Positions 11,601 through 22,767 of a DNA stretch of 64,000 bases are shown here, one piece after another. The notes under the pieces were generated by a model. That model made no database searches and was not told the DNA's origin. It worked only from the letters and a program-made list of their open reading frames with translations. The stretch is from the NCBI GenBank assembly GCA_030141605.1, contig JAQGDQ010000498.1, positions 1 to 64,000 of the forward strand, read 5' to 3'. This DNA comes from Tubiluchus corallicola (taxonomy: Eukaryota; Animalia; Priapulida). The position numbers and the translations under genes were made by a program. Positions within the stretch are counted from its first letter, which is position 1. Each line of letters starts with the position of its first letter.

Positions 11601-13783
11601 CGGGTACCACGTTAGGTTCATCAACTTTTGCACCATCGGCAGACCAGCCACGGGTGCCAATCAACTTCTGCACCATTGGCAGGCCAGCCACGGGTACCAC
11701 ATTAGGTTCATCAACTTTTGCACCATCGGCAAACCAGCTACGGGTGCCACATTAGGTTCATCAACTTTTGCACCATCGGCAGACCAGCCACGGGTGCCAC
11801 ATTAGGTTCATCAATTTTTGCACCATGGGCAGACCAGCCATGGGTGCCACATTAGGTTCATCAATTTTTGCACCATGGGCAGACCAGCCACGGGTGCCAC
11901 ATTAGGTTCATCAATTTTTGCACCATCGGCAGACCAGCCACGGGTGCCACATTAGGTTCATCAATTTTTGCACCATCGGCAGACCGGCCTCGGGTGCCAC
12001 ATTAGGTTCATCAATTTTTGCACCATCGGCAGACCAGCCACGGATGCCACATTAGGTTCATCAATTTTTGCACCATCGGCAGACCAGCCACGGGTGCCAC
12101 ATTAGGTTCATCAATTTTTGCACCATCGGCAGACCAGCCACGGATGCCACATTAGGTTCATCAATTTTTGCACCATCGGCAGACCAGCCACGGGTGCCAC
12201 ATTAGGTTCATCAATTTTTGCACCATCGGCAGACCAGCCACGAGTGCCACATTAGGTTCATCAATTTTTGCACCATCGGCAGACCGGCCTCGGGTGCCAC
12301 ATTAGGTTCATCAATTTTTGCACCATCGGCAGACCAGCCACAGATGCCACATTAGGTTCATCAATTTTTGCACCATCGGCAGACCAGCCACGGGTGCCAC
12401 ATTAGGTTCATCAATTTTTGCACCATCAGCAGACCAGCCACGGATGCCACATTAGGTTCATCAATTTTTGCACCATCGGCAGACCAGCCACGGGTGCCAC
12501 ATTAGGTTCATCAATTTTTGCACCATCGGCAGACCAGCCACGGGTGCCACATTAGGTTCATCAATTTTTGCACCATCGGCAGACCAGCCACGGGTGCCAC
12601 ATTAGGTTCATCAATTTTTGCACCATCGGCAGACCGGCCACGTTTGAAAACCTCGGCCGTATAGATGTGGAATTTTTGAAGTTATTAAAGAGTTTTCAAA
12701 ATGAAACCGTTTTCGGTTTGCGACTAGAAATGTGAGCTCGTTATTTACTTACCTTGACAGGTGACGAAGGGAGAAAATTTACCGGAGGTGATGAAAAGTA
12801 CATTCAGGACAAGGAATCTGACTGGATGACAACGGGAGAACAAAATCAACATACAAATTTTGCTAATAGCTTGCAGGTAACAAAGCTGTCCATGATAAAC
12901 TGTTTTATTATTTAAACGACTCGTGATTTTAACTTAATGATTTCTGCTGCATTTTAAGCAGGGTTCCCACAGTCAGGCAAAATCCTTGAAAATACTGGCT
13001 ATTCTGAAAAGTCATGGAAAGATCAGGGAAAAAGACAATTTGGTAAAAATTGTCAGGAAAAGTGATGAAAATCTAGCGAAAAGTCAGGGAAATTGGAAAG
13101 GTTTTCAAAAATAATCACCGTGAAGCGATATTTTTCCAAACATACTTTTCAGCGATTCGAGTTCATATAAAATTTTGCTATGGCAGGCTCCCAGTTTCGA
13201 TTTCTGTTCCAAATGTAATTGGATTAAGAAAGTTTATTTAATGTGGTTAGTGTAATTTTGTTAGCACTACTTCGACAGTGCCCACACATTATATATTAGT
13301 ATATGTATGAATGTCCATACACAAAACTGTTTGAATATGTTTACTGGTAATACAATTTCTGCTTATCTTGATCATGGAAAATCAATATTTGGTCAGGGAA
13401 ATTAATTTTAAAATTCCGTGGGAACCCTGTCTAAGATATGCACGCATTGTATTTTCTTGTCCCATGTTTTTGAAATCATTAGAATAGCCAATATGAAAAA
13501 ATCAGAGATTCAAATGCTAGGTAATAATGTGATAACAACATAAGAAAATTTCATTCTGTCACGACGGAAAACTTTAATTAGGGACTATTTGATGAAATTT
13601 TGCACTTAAAAACTCACAAACGCCATCACCACTAGCCGTGAATAACTTGTGCTGCGAGGGAATGCTGTTTTAACATGTGCTGTATTTGTCGTGTTGCAGT
13701 CTTGGTGGTCATTGCCTGGCCCTTCGCCGCTGGAGCAATTGCTACAAAGTCAGAAGCAAGCAAGAGATCTTGTTCCACATTGA
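419..13783 (+). CDS. SMG7: SMG7 nonsense-mediated decay factor, 3' portion (5' exons lie left of the window)
   Basis: Phase-consistent GT-AG exons 419-485, 967-1071, 1304-1420, 2731-2973, 5165-5254, 5424-5529, 6957-7886, 9724-9776, 10318-10424, 12761-12876, 13700-13783(TGA). The translation gives PLPEDWDLQCFLPL..LDFSK..RVARLVEHGQWL, RQNVAIQ, a Pro-rich middle with EFPPLPS, NTYSLFNSPW and C-terminal LPGPSPLEQLLQSQKQ. These match recalled vertebrate SMG7 motifs (PLPEEFELQGFLAL..LDFSK; RQNVAVQ; PGPSALEQLLMQQKQ). Confidence 0.88.
1721..1965 (+). repeat. 122-bp tandem duplication in SMG7 intron
   Basis: AATTGCAGTTCACTAGAAGCACAC...CACTTTAYCAAC starts at 1721 and again at 1843. Confidence 0.9.
3788..5148 (-). 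repeat. 28-bp minisatellite (CTAATGTTACTCTAYTACTCATCAATTG)n, about 48 copies, inverted relative to the array at 1-305
   Basis: Read directly; it ends about 16 nt before the acceptor AG at 5163-5164. Confidence 0.97.
5622..5735. repeat. (AAT)n/(AATAAC)n microsatellite
   Basis: Read directly. Confidence 0.95.
5800..5905 (-). mobile_element. Probable tRNA-derived SINE fragment
   Basis: The minus strand has a Pol III B-box GGTTCAATTCCC (5882-5871) followed by GACCGAGTCATAGCAAAGAG..AAAAATGGTACC, resembling recalled invertebrate SINE bodies; the downstream (TTA)n tract could be its tail. Confidence 0.55.
8267..9710. repeat. Minisatellite with 31-bp (CAGCATTGTTGTTCACTTATGTACTTCTAGA) and 26-bp (CAGCATTGTTGCTAAGTACTTCTAGA) unit variants
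   Basis: Read directly; the array runs into the polypyrimidine tract of the acceptor at 9723. Confidence 0.95.
9766..10108 (+). repeat. 30-bp minisatellite containing the SMG7 exon 5' splice site in each unit
   Basis: The unit AGTGATAAAGG|GTACGTTGTCAGTGAAATT occurs about 11 times; the first copy overlaps the exon end at 9776. Confidence 0.95.
10925..11310 (+). mobile_element. hAT-like MITE, second and 3'-degenerate copy of the element at 17482-17889
   Basis: Starts TAGGGGTGAGCATTC, shares TTCGAA-rich subterminal motifs and an internal segment (CAAGTTTTCGAACCA..TCTTACAAA.ATCATGCATAT) with the 17482 copy. Confidence 0.75.
11408..12643. repeat. 50-bp minisatellite (TCAATTTTTGCACCATCGGCAGACCAGCCACGGGTGCCACATTAGGTTCA)n, about 25 copies
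   Basis: Read directly; there are no unique spacers, so it is not CRISPR. Confidence 0.96.
12959..13429. mobile_element. Non-autonomous DNA transposon (MITE)
   Basis: TIR CAGGGTTCCCAC ... GTGGGAACCCTG; internal TCAGGGAAA/TCATGGAAA motifs; flanks TTTAAG / TCTAAG may be an imperfect TSD. Confidence 0.8.
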
Positions 13784-15957
13784 ACATTGGCACATAACAC
13801 CTGCTTGTTCAACTGAGTTACGAAACTGGTTTGTCCACCAGTGACATCACACAAGCACTAAGCCTGCCCGCTATAAAACGTTAACGGTAGATGAGAGACT
13901 CTCTACAATTTAGACGGCAGGAAGCTTGATGTGTGTCTGAAACACTGTAATTACCACGTTGCAGTAAAATTCCTGATCAGTTCTAGGAATGAATAAGTAA
14001 TCATTCACATTTGAAATGATGGTAACACAACGTTGTTACATAGACTTAATACAACGGTAACGGTAATAATACATCTTGTGCATTTTAACAGGTATAGTGT
14101 AAGCTGTAGTGTGAGCGCAATGCAGGCAATGCGAATTGTAAAATCACCTCTATTATTAGTGCTTTTATTAGCATCGAATACGGATGATTTTGAGAGATAG
14201 AATTCTAATGACGTTTGCATTTGTAACTTATGGTAACGGATACGGTGCGACAAAACTGTCCATGGAATTGTTTGAGCACGACTCTTACAATTTAATGGTC
14301 GTGTTTTCAAAATGTTTAAAGTAATCACTTTGCGTAGCATCGGAGAATGATACTGTACATTGGAATTCATGTACTCAGACGTAAAAGCTTTGGTATAAGA
14401 TTAGCTAGGTTAATTCCTATGGCTTACACGAGTACGTTAAATTAGCCATCAATAATCGCTTAGTTTCGTTAAGTATTTTAATTGCTAGCGTGCTAGTTTT
14501 GCTTCGCATGAAGGTAATTATAAATAAATGAAAGGTTTTACGCTGTATCCATGGTGGTTTATTTTGTACTTTTTACAATTATTCATATAGCTACTGTACT
14601 AAACAGATTTACGTTTGCACACTCTCGCGCAGAGTGTGAAAAATTTGTTACAGCTAAATCCTGAATATACAGTTGTTTATACGTGTGTTCATTGATTATT
14701 GGACGGTTGCATAATCACAATGTATGAGTAACAGATGTGTTAGAACATTAAGATAATCAGAAGTACCATTAAAGCCATATTTGAGCTACATACTATAGTT
14801 TTACTTACATACATCAAAGTAATTGAGTTCTCACGTTTCTTCATAATCAGTTACTTCAAATTCGTGTTAATGAACGTTGAGTTTTGTAGTTTTTTGCAAG
14901 TATTTCAATATGCGGAAACAAACAAGTTATGCTTATGTGGCTGTACGGAAACAAATCAAAATTAAACTTAGAATATTAACTACTATTTTTTCAACACGTA
15001 TTTAACATTTTACTTCCTCTTTGCAAAGTATTAAAAAATTTGTAGATTTTTTCGGTAGGCAGAGTTTATAACTAACCAGAAGCTTTATTAGAGTTGTCGT
15101 TTTTGAGAGACAAATCTGCATTTATTGGTTCTTGACTTAGATTTGTAAAATCTTTGAAAAGTTGTATCTTAAGTACTTTAACAATACGAATCATTAATGT
15201 TCATTGTGTTTAACCTGGGAATGTAAAGTTGAGTATATAACGCTCACCTGGTTTTTGTAACCAAATTTTATCTGTTGGTTTTTGTACTGTTAATGTTTCA
15301 TCTTCTGCAGGTGTGAAATTGTTCAGTTTATTAGATAGACATAGAAAACCTTTGCATTTATGGGTAAAATAATTAGATGGACAATAGGCAAGTTTGTAAT
15401 CATATGATTATATGCTATAAAATATCATACACTTAGTCTAAAACTGTATTTTTGGTGAGTTAATAATAATTCTCATAGAAGATCATTTAGTCTAAACGTA
15501 ATGCAACTGTAGGAAACTAATTATAGTTGTTCTAAAAATTGTACTAAACTAGAGATTACGTCACGTAGTAATTTTGTAACCTTGAAGATCTTTGGGCATT
15601 TTTTCTTTTTTGTGTTCATTTCACATTTTATGTCATTGGATTGGTCAGAGTAAATATGCTCATTTGTGAGGTTGTTCACTTTGCAGTTCATTTGTTTATA
15701 TACTCAAGCCACATTAGTGTTCATTTTAGTTTAGAACTATATAAACCTTTTCGAAGAAGAATAGTCCATATTTACTGTGACGATCACTGTCCCATATTTG
15801 CTAGATTTTAATTCTTATTGTACATGAAATTTTCTCTGACTTACACTTTACCTGGTTCCTAAAAAAACTGCATTTGAAAAAACTCAGTAGTAAAATAAAA
15901 AGTCATCATAATGAACTGAAGTGTTTAGAAATTTTATTATAATTAATCAAAAGCACA

Positions 15958-16633
15958 AGTAGAACTATGTACGTGTGCAACAGTTTCCACACAATTAGAA
16001 CTATGTATGTGTGCAGCAGCTTCTGCACGAGTAGAACTACGTACGTGTGCAGCAGCTTCTGCACGAGTAGAACTACGTACGTGTGCAGCAGCTTCGCCAC
16101 GAGTAGAACTACGTACGTGTGCAGCAGCTTCTGCACGAGTAGAACTACGTACGTGTGCAGCAGCTTCGCCACGAGTAGAACTACGTATGTGTGCAGCAGC
16201 TTCGCCACGAGTAGAACTACGTACGTGTGCAGCAGTTTCCGCACAATTAGAACTATGTACGTGTGCAGCAACTTCCGCACGAGTAGAACTATGTATGTGT
16301 GCAGCAGCTTCCGCACAATTAGAACTATGTACGTGTGCAGCAGCTTCCGCACGAGTAGAACTATGTATGTGTGCAGCAGCTTCCGCACGAGTAGAACTAC
16401 GTACGTGTGCAGCAGCTTCCACACAATTAGAACTACGTACATGTGCAGCAGCTTCCGCACGAGTAGAACTACGTACGTGTGCAGCAGCTTCCGCACGAGT
16501 AAAACTACGTACATGTGCAGCAGCTTCCGCACGAGTAGAACTACGTACGTGTGCAGCAGCTTCCGCACGAGTAGAACTACGTACGTGTGCAGCAGCTTCC
16601 GCACAATTAGAACTACGTACGTGTGCAGCAGCC
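15958..16633. repeat. 36-bp minisatellite (AGTAGAACTACGTACGTGTGCAGCAGCTTCCGCACG)n, about 18 copies, intergenic
   Basis: Read directly; it explains the repetitive ORFs in several frames. Confidence 0.96.
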
Positions 16634-16674
16634 ATGTATGAGCAGTATGAAGTAGTAAATAAATTCACTGTTCC

Positions 16675-17320
16675 TAAAGCGAGGCTTTTATACGGTTCGC
16701 GACTGTGGCGACTATGCGAAAATATGTCCAACAATCGTCAAACAGTCACGGGTGCGTGACATTGTCGATGTTCCAAAAAAATATTTAAAGTTTGACTTGC
16801 AAGCCTTGCAACTTCGCCAAAAGTTCGCAAAAGTGTCGTAATGTGGACTAACCGTTTGCAAATTGTTTGTGAAGTTCATCAATGATTACAAAGTCATCCA
16901 GAACTTGGCAAACCCCGCGTGATGCTTTTGAGAACGTTGCCATGACTATAATTTCGACCACGTTACGACATTTTTGCGAATCTCGGCCGTCCCGTCTTTT
17001 TTGGCAAAAATTCCGTGAAATGATCGTGCAAAAATACTCGCCCAAATGCCATACAACATTTGCCTTATGGCAGAAGTCGCCAAATACGCGCAAACATGTC
17101 CTGCGAAGTTCATGGGACATTCTCACGATTTTTGCTAGAGAAAAAAGCCGAAAATTTGCAAAAATGCGGGGAAAGTCGCACAACTGATTTACGACAAAAC
17201 ACGGTCACGGGTATATTTTGACAACTGTTGGACTTACAAAATTTCTGATTATCGCAAAAAAGTCACAGCAATAAATTATGCACAACCAGCTTGAAGATCA
17301 CAACGTATATAAAGCTGAGT
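16675..17320. mobile_element. Possible degenerate MITE (CGA/TCGC-rich, weak TIR GCTTTTATACG / CGTATATAAAGC)
   Basis: CpG-rich block with weak terminal inverted similarity; no clear TSD. Confidence 0.35.
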
Positions 17321-17481
17321 ATTATTACTGGCTGAATATAGATGCACTCCAATAAGAAAGTCAAGTTACCAAACAATGAGATGGCAGCATTTTCACAATT
17401 CACAAACTGAGATATTCACTGAGACCCACAGAATCTGATAAGCTAAATGTGCAAGTTTTGTCGGTTTCTGTTCACGATTAC

Positions 17482-17889
17482 TAGGGGTGAGCATTCTCTA
17501 CCAGACAGCGAGTACGAATCGAACCGAATTTGTGACTTTTGAATTCGAATCGAACGGAACTTCAGTGTTTCGAATTAGAACCGAATTCGAATTGAGATTG
17601 CAAGATTATTGAACAAGTTTTCGAACCATCAGTAAAAATTAGTCTTACAAACATCATGCATATCACTAGATTTTGTTCTGCAATAAAATGACTAGTAATT
17701 TCTTTAAAATTGTGTGCAGAAATCACTACTAAATTATGCTAATTGCATGATGTTTCAATCGTTTTAGTGATAAAGAACATGTGTGATTGAAGTGCTGAAT
17801 TATTCGAATCTATAGTTTTGGATTCGAATCGAGTTTGAACTAAAAAAACCTCGTTCGAATCGAATTCGAGCGTTTGATGCTCACACCTA
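17482..17889. mobile_element. hAT-superfamily MITE just downstream of the MPG stop codon
   Basis: TIR TAGGGGTGAGCA / TGCTCACACCTA; 8-bp TSD ACGATTAC (17474-17481) / ACCATTAC (17890-17897). Confidence 0.88.
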
Positions 17890-17922
17890 ACCATTACTGT
17901 GAGTAATCCGTATGAAGGAAGC

Positions 17923-19398
17923 TCATTCTGCACGTCTGTCTCTGACACTGACGTACTGATTACCGCGCACGTAGAACCGAAACGGTTGAGATGCTGCAGA
18001 TTCACCTGCTCCTCTGATTCCGATTCTGGTTGTCACGACTACGGAATCTTCGTCTAATGACGAGCCCCGTTCTAACCAAAGTTTGGAATTCGATGAGCAC
18101 AGGTCTACCTGATCGAATTCTGCTTTAGTTATGCACAGTGCTTGACACAGTTTAGATGGTCCGTTGCATATGTGAGCGTTTTTCAGCAGCGATGAAGAAC
18201 CTTTCTTAGTTGCCATGCGCAGACCGCGCATCTCATCACAACCTTCCAGCGGCTCAACAGATCTGATCAAAACTGCAGCTCCTTCACCTAAATAATACAA
18301 GCAAAAAATCAATAACTTGTTTAAAAAGGTGAAAGCTACCACGCACGTAGAGAATTTGATAATCAAGCAATCGAAATAGAAAAAATAAAAGTTAAAATAA
18401 ACTTTGTAAAAGGAAATAAGACTAAAGCTGATTGATTAATAGAAAAAATAAAAGTTAAAATAAACTTTGTAAAAGGAAATAAGACTAAAGCCGATTGATT
18501 AATAGAAAAAATAAAAGTCAAAATAAACTTTGTAAAAGGAAATAAGACTAAAGCCGATTGATTAATAGAAAAAATAAAAGTCAAAATAAACTTTGTAAAA
18601 GGAAATAAGACTAAAGCTGATTGATTATCTGGCTAGGACACAACTGCTGGTTTAGTGGCTCATTGGGTTACCCTTGATAATGAACGAGGTTAAAGCCTTG
18701 TTGAAACAATCTGCATCAAGCAGACCCTCCTTTCAATGTTTTATTCTACCTAGAAGATATACTGTTAATTTAAATACAAAATAGCAGTAGTCTAGCAGTA
18801 ACAACATGAGTGTTAAATGTGCAAGAAAAGTTGTACCTTGAGTAGTGATGTTGAAACATTGGTACATGCCATAGATGTTGTACACATAAGCTGTTCCAGG
18901 TTCCATGAACATGGCCTCATTTCTTTTCGTTCTCTTGGCTTGGTAACTGTGCGAAGCCACGTCGTACGTCCCCGGGTAAGCTTCTGTTTCCACTATCTTT
19001 GCTTTCAACAACGTCGTTCCGTGCACTTTCACGAGTATCGCGCCAAGCAACGACTTTGCTACTTGCAGACAGGGAGCGCTGAAGAAGGTGCGACCAAGAC
19101 GAACTGATTTCAATGACTTTGTCCGATTTGAATCGCCAGGACATGAATTCGTGACGTCGGACTGAAGGGAGACAGCTGATTTGTCTGGTGCAGATGACTG
19201 ATCAGAGACGGTTAAACAAGCAGTTGCTGACTGAACTGATTCATCTTCTACTACACGGACCTCCGGTGCAAAATAAGGACTTTCCGATTTGCCAGTTTTT
19301 ATTTCACATTCTGTTAAATTCGGTCGTTTTCGTTTCACTGGTTTACAGTTACTTTGCGCTTTATGCGTAGCGGCTTTAAAACTTTTTGAACTCTTCAT
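17923..19398 (-). CDS. MPG: DNA-3-methyladenine glycosylase (MPG/AAG), 308 aa, 2 coding exons
   Basis: Exons 19398-18837 and 18287-17923 join in frame (927 nt). Motifs IVETEAY, ASHSY, AMFMEPGTAYVYNIYGMYQCFNIT-QGEGAAVLIRS, CNGPSKLCQAL, TTRIGI, FRFYV and VSV are typical of MPG. Confidence 0.96.
18378..18626. repeat. 63-bp tandem repeat, about 4 copies, in MPG intron
   Basis: Unit AGAAAAAATAAAAGTYAAAATAAACTTTGTAAAAGGAAATAAGACTAAAGCYGATTGATTAAT. Confidence 0.93.
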
Positions 19399-19987
19399 TC
19401 TGGTTTCTTTATAAGCAGTCAGTATTCATAGATGTCCTCTAGTCTAGAAGAAATCAAGGACAATGTTGAATATCTCTTGTCCGGGCTTAGATGGTCAATT
19501 TGATTAGTTTGGCCAAATATTATAGCTGACTGATGACAGATGTAGAGCAATTACGCTTCCTTGCAAAATGAACATTAAAAATATGCACATTGTAAAGCAG
19601 GTAATGAACTTCAAAAGAATTCATCACAGAGACGGCATTTAGTACTTTAAATAAGCAATGAAGTCAACTTAATTAATAGCACGTACCATACTACAGCATT
19701 ATATACACCGAGTTAACATTATATACAATATATTTGACAAATGTTCAGCAAATATCGTTGAAACATGGACATGAAGTTACACAGGAGTATAACATACTTA
19801 GGTTTAGTTTTCTATACTCTCTAAGTAGGCAATTAACTAATAGATTCATAAATAACTTAGGTTTGTGACTAGAACATATATATTACAACCTATAAAGCAC
19901 ACAAAAGACTAGATCAGAATGAGAATGGCAAATACATATAAATCACATGGAATGAAATGGCATCATTTTGTAAAGCAGTTTGCATAA

Positions 19988-20001
19988 GTTACCATGGCAA
20001 C
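19988..20001. promoter_or_regulatory. RFX X-box motif GTTACCATGGCAAC
   Basis: Exact fit to the X-box consensus GTNRCC-N(0-3)-RGYAAC; it lies 4 nt beyond the KIF3A stop and about 590 nt upstream of the MPG ATG. Confidence 0.6.
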
Positions 20002-20005
20002 GCTT

Positions 20006-22087
20006 TTATTGCAACAAGTTCTCAAAATCCATTGCACTTCTCCTATTCTTCTTCCCAGATTTTGCTTTTCCCGTCTTCATTCTACTTCCGGCTCTTGCCT
20101 TTCCGTGGAAAGGTATCATTCTGCTGTCACTACCGTACGTCAGGTACACGCTTGATAAATCCGGAACGAATGGTTCGACTGGTTTGTCCTGGTCAGTGTT
20201 TGAAGTGGGCAGTTTGCGCATGTTGTTTCCGGTGTACGCGACACATTTCAGCTGCCATTCGCCGATATCTTCATTCCAGTGCACATGCTGCTCGATCATG
20301 TCTTGATATTCACCGGGAATGAAGCTATCAATGATGATCATTTGCAGCCGTAACTCCCTGCTCAGCTGACGGACATTCTCCAACAATCCTTCCATTTCTC
20401 TTTGGTGCTCCTGCTGCAAATCCGCCAACTCCGACTTTGCGCTCATCAGCATCGTCCACACCTTTTTCAACTTCTTTGTCTTGCCTTGAGCCTCTTCTTG
20501 TAAATTCGAATATTTTTCTTCGATGTCTAACCGCTCGGCTTCCTTTTCTTTCAAAGCTTGCCTGAGAGCTTCCTCTTTTTTGCTCCTTTCTTCCAACTCT
20601 TTGGCACTTTCTTCAAGCAATCTTTCTTGTTCTTCTGCTTTCTCCAACAAATTTTCCCCGCCAACAATGATCTTTTTCTCAATGACTTGCAGACGCTGTG
20701 CAAGCTGTTCATGTTCAGCCTGAGCATTTAACAATTCCTCCTCTCGCTTCTCCAGATCTTCTTTTATTCTGTCATGTTCCTCTTGCTCAATGTCCTTCGT
20801 TTCTTCTAGGATTTTCTTTTCTTTTTCAATTTCTGCTTGAATCTCTACCATTCGCTCTTTAGATAACTTGTTGCTTCTATGACGTTTTCTATGCCTAGTC
20901 TCTCCATCGCCATCTTCTGCGTCTTCCGACCATTCCTCGCTACCTTCGGACTCACTGCCTTCTCCATACTCCTCGAGTTGTTTTCGAAGCTGAACTATCT
21001 CTTCTTGAAACTGTCTGAGAAGTGCATCTTTCGGGTCTTCATTTATCTTTGCGTTATTCTTTATGTTCTTAGCTCGGTTTGCGTACCGGAGCGTGCTGAT
21101 AGTTTCATCGTAGTTAAAATCCGCAGGCCCAATGTTTGCACACATGACTGTTTTAGAATTGCCCCCAAGGGAATCCTGCAGGAGTCTGGTTAATTTTGAA
21201 TTCCTGTACGGGACGTGCGTACTTTTGCCATCAACGAGTGCGGATATGACATTCCCTAATGTTGAGAGCGATAAATTTATTTTTGTCGCTTCCTTCAACC
21301 GCTGTCCAGTTGCCCCCGTTTTACTCTGACGCTCGGAACCGGCCAGATCCACAAGGTGCAGCTTGCCCATGACCAGATGCTGCTGCCCATCCAAACCCTT
21401 TTCACTGCATTCGATAGTAACGCTGAAAATGGCATGTGAACGCGAGCTCTGTGCATTCATATTTGTCGCACCGACTGATCTGTTTTTGTTCCCAACCGTC
21501 ATAATTCTGTCCATGTCATCTGCATTGTTAACAGCAAATGTAGACAAATCTTTAACGTAAACACCGACATCGGGTCTTTCTTTCACTTCCAAACGTACCG
21601 ACTGATCCTTACCTAGTAAGTCCCGTACGTCTTCGTTATAGATTTCCATATACGAAACCCTGACTAGAAACTTTTTGTCGTCCTCCGCCTTGGCAATGTG
21701 ACCAAAGATATGGGCAAAAGAGTTAGGGATGATTCCGCGGAGCTCAGGGACGCTGCGAACACCCTCCATTGTGTATGTTTTTCCCGTGCCCGTTTGTCCG
21801 TAGGCAAATATAGTCCCGTTATATCCCTCTAGAACAAAGTCAACTATTGGCCTTGCCGTTTGGTTGTAGACATCTACCTGTTTGGAATCGGGACCAAATA
21901 CGATATCGAACGTAAACGTTTTCGGAGGATCGGCATTTCCACCGGATGGTGAATCTACAGTGATTGTTCCCTGAACGGGATCAACATTAACGACTTGCTT
22001 GTTGTTTTCTGTCAACTCTTTCTCATTTATTGGCCGACAACGAACTACCACCTTCACGTTGTCTGACTTTTTATCCTCTTCCGGCAT
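20006..22087 (-). CDS. KIF3A: Kinesin-2 subunit KIF3A (KRP85-like), 693 aa, uninterrupted ORF
   Basis: Motor motifs [51 protein letters not shown]; KIF3A-type stalk and tail ([39 protein letters not shown]). Confidence 0.97.
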   Translation of the reverse strand: MPEEDKKSDNVKVVVRCRPINEKELTENNKQVVNVDPVQGTITVDSPSGGNADPPKTFTFDIVFGPDSKQVDVYNQTARPIVDFVLEGYNGTIFAYGQTGTGKTYTMEGVRSVPELRGIIPNSFAHIFGHIAKAEDDKKFLVRVSYMEIYNEDVRDLLGKDQSVRLEVKERPDVGVYVKDLSTFAVNNADDMDRIMTVGNKNRSVGATNMNAQSSRSHAIFSVTIECSEKGLDGQQHLVMGKLHLVDLAGSERQSKTGATGQRLKEATKINLSLSTLGNVISALVDGKSTHVPYRNSKLTRLLQDSLGGNSKTVMCANIGPADFNYDETISTLRYANRAKNIKNNAKINEDPKDALLRQFQEEIVQLRKQLEEYGEGSESEGSEEWSEDAEDGDGETRHRKRHRSNKLSKERMVEIQAEIEKEKKILEETKDIEQEEHDRIKEDLEKREEELLNAQAEHEQLAQRLQVIEKKIIVGGENLLEKAEEQERLLEESAKELEERSKKEEALRQALKEKEAERLDIEEKYSNLQEEAQGKTKKLKKVWTMLMSAKSELADLQQEHQREMEGLLENVRQLSRELRLQMIIIDSFIPGEYQDMIEQHVHWNEDIGEWQLKCVAYTGNNMRKLPTSNTDQDKPVEPFVPDLSSVYLTYGSDSRMIPFHGKARAGSRMKTGKAKSGKKNRRSAMDFENLLQ

Positions 22088-22558
22088 TTTTCTTTTATCC
22101 CTTTAATATCGTGTCAGTAAAATCATCGCAGCTTAAAAAGAAAATGATAGTTTAATGACAGCGTACAACTGAGAAATATTATAATTTTTAACAGTTCTCA
22201 TTTCCACGCATTTCCTAGCTTCAAATTAACGACTTCAACAAACACTAGAGCTTTTACAAGCACAATAATTTCCAGACCAAGAGGAATCTGAGATTAAGAA
22301 ATAAAACTTTCCTTTGGCAACTTTAAACAGGCTAAACAAACTGAGCAAACATTTCTAGGCCTTTTCATTTACACTCATATCTCGGTTTGCTGGACCTCGC
22401 TTTTACGGATATCGGAAAAATCAGACAAAATCTGATCCGTTAAAAAGTTCTGCTTTGAAGGATCATAACGTAGTTGATGGCACTCGCTTTTTCAAGACCT
22501 CAGTATTGTTATTATTAGTCAATTTTATGGGTCACTAAATTGTCTAAATCTGTGAAAC

Positions 22559-22767
22559 CTGGCAAATGAGTAACAGAAAATCTCAAAGCGGAACTTCTAC
22601 CAAAGATGCCATTTTCAATAGCAAACCTCCAAATATAAGGAATAAGTTTTTTACTGAGGTTATCACTGCAACCAGTTTCAATAGCTTATACAACTTTTGC
22701 ACAGTGGCGGAAGAGTCAAGTTTATTGCTTAGACTACACGTGAAGTGAAACCACCATTAATCCTTAC
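22559..22767 (-). other. Predicted 5'UTR intron of KIF3A
   Basis: Minus-strand donor GTAAGG at 22767 and acceptor TTTTCTGTTACTCATTTGCCAG ending at 22559; an X-box half-site GTTGCTATAG at 22898 lies near the inferred TSS. Confidence 0.5.

Noticed and set aside
11408-12643. CRISPR-like regular array (also considered for the other arrays)
   Set aside because: Units are contiguous with no unique spacers, no cas genes are present, and the context is a eukaryotic intron.
15906-16759. Long repetitive ORFs (224-263 aa) in four frames
   Set aside because: By-product of a stop-poor 36-bp unit; no splice context or protein-family motif.
19444-19460. U12-like branch TCCTTGAT before the candidate MPG acceptor
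   Set aside because: No matching RTATCCTT donor was found upstream on the minus strand.
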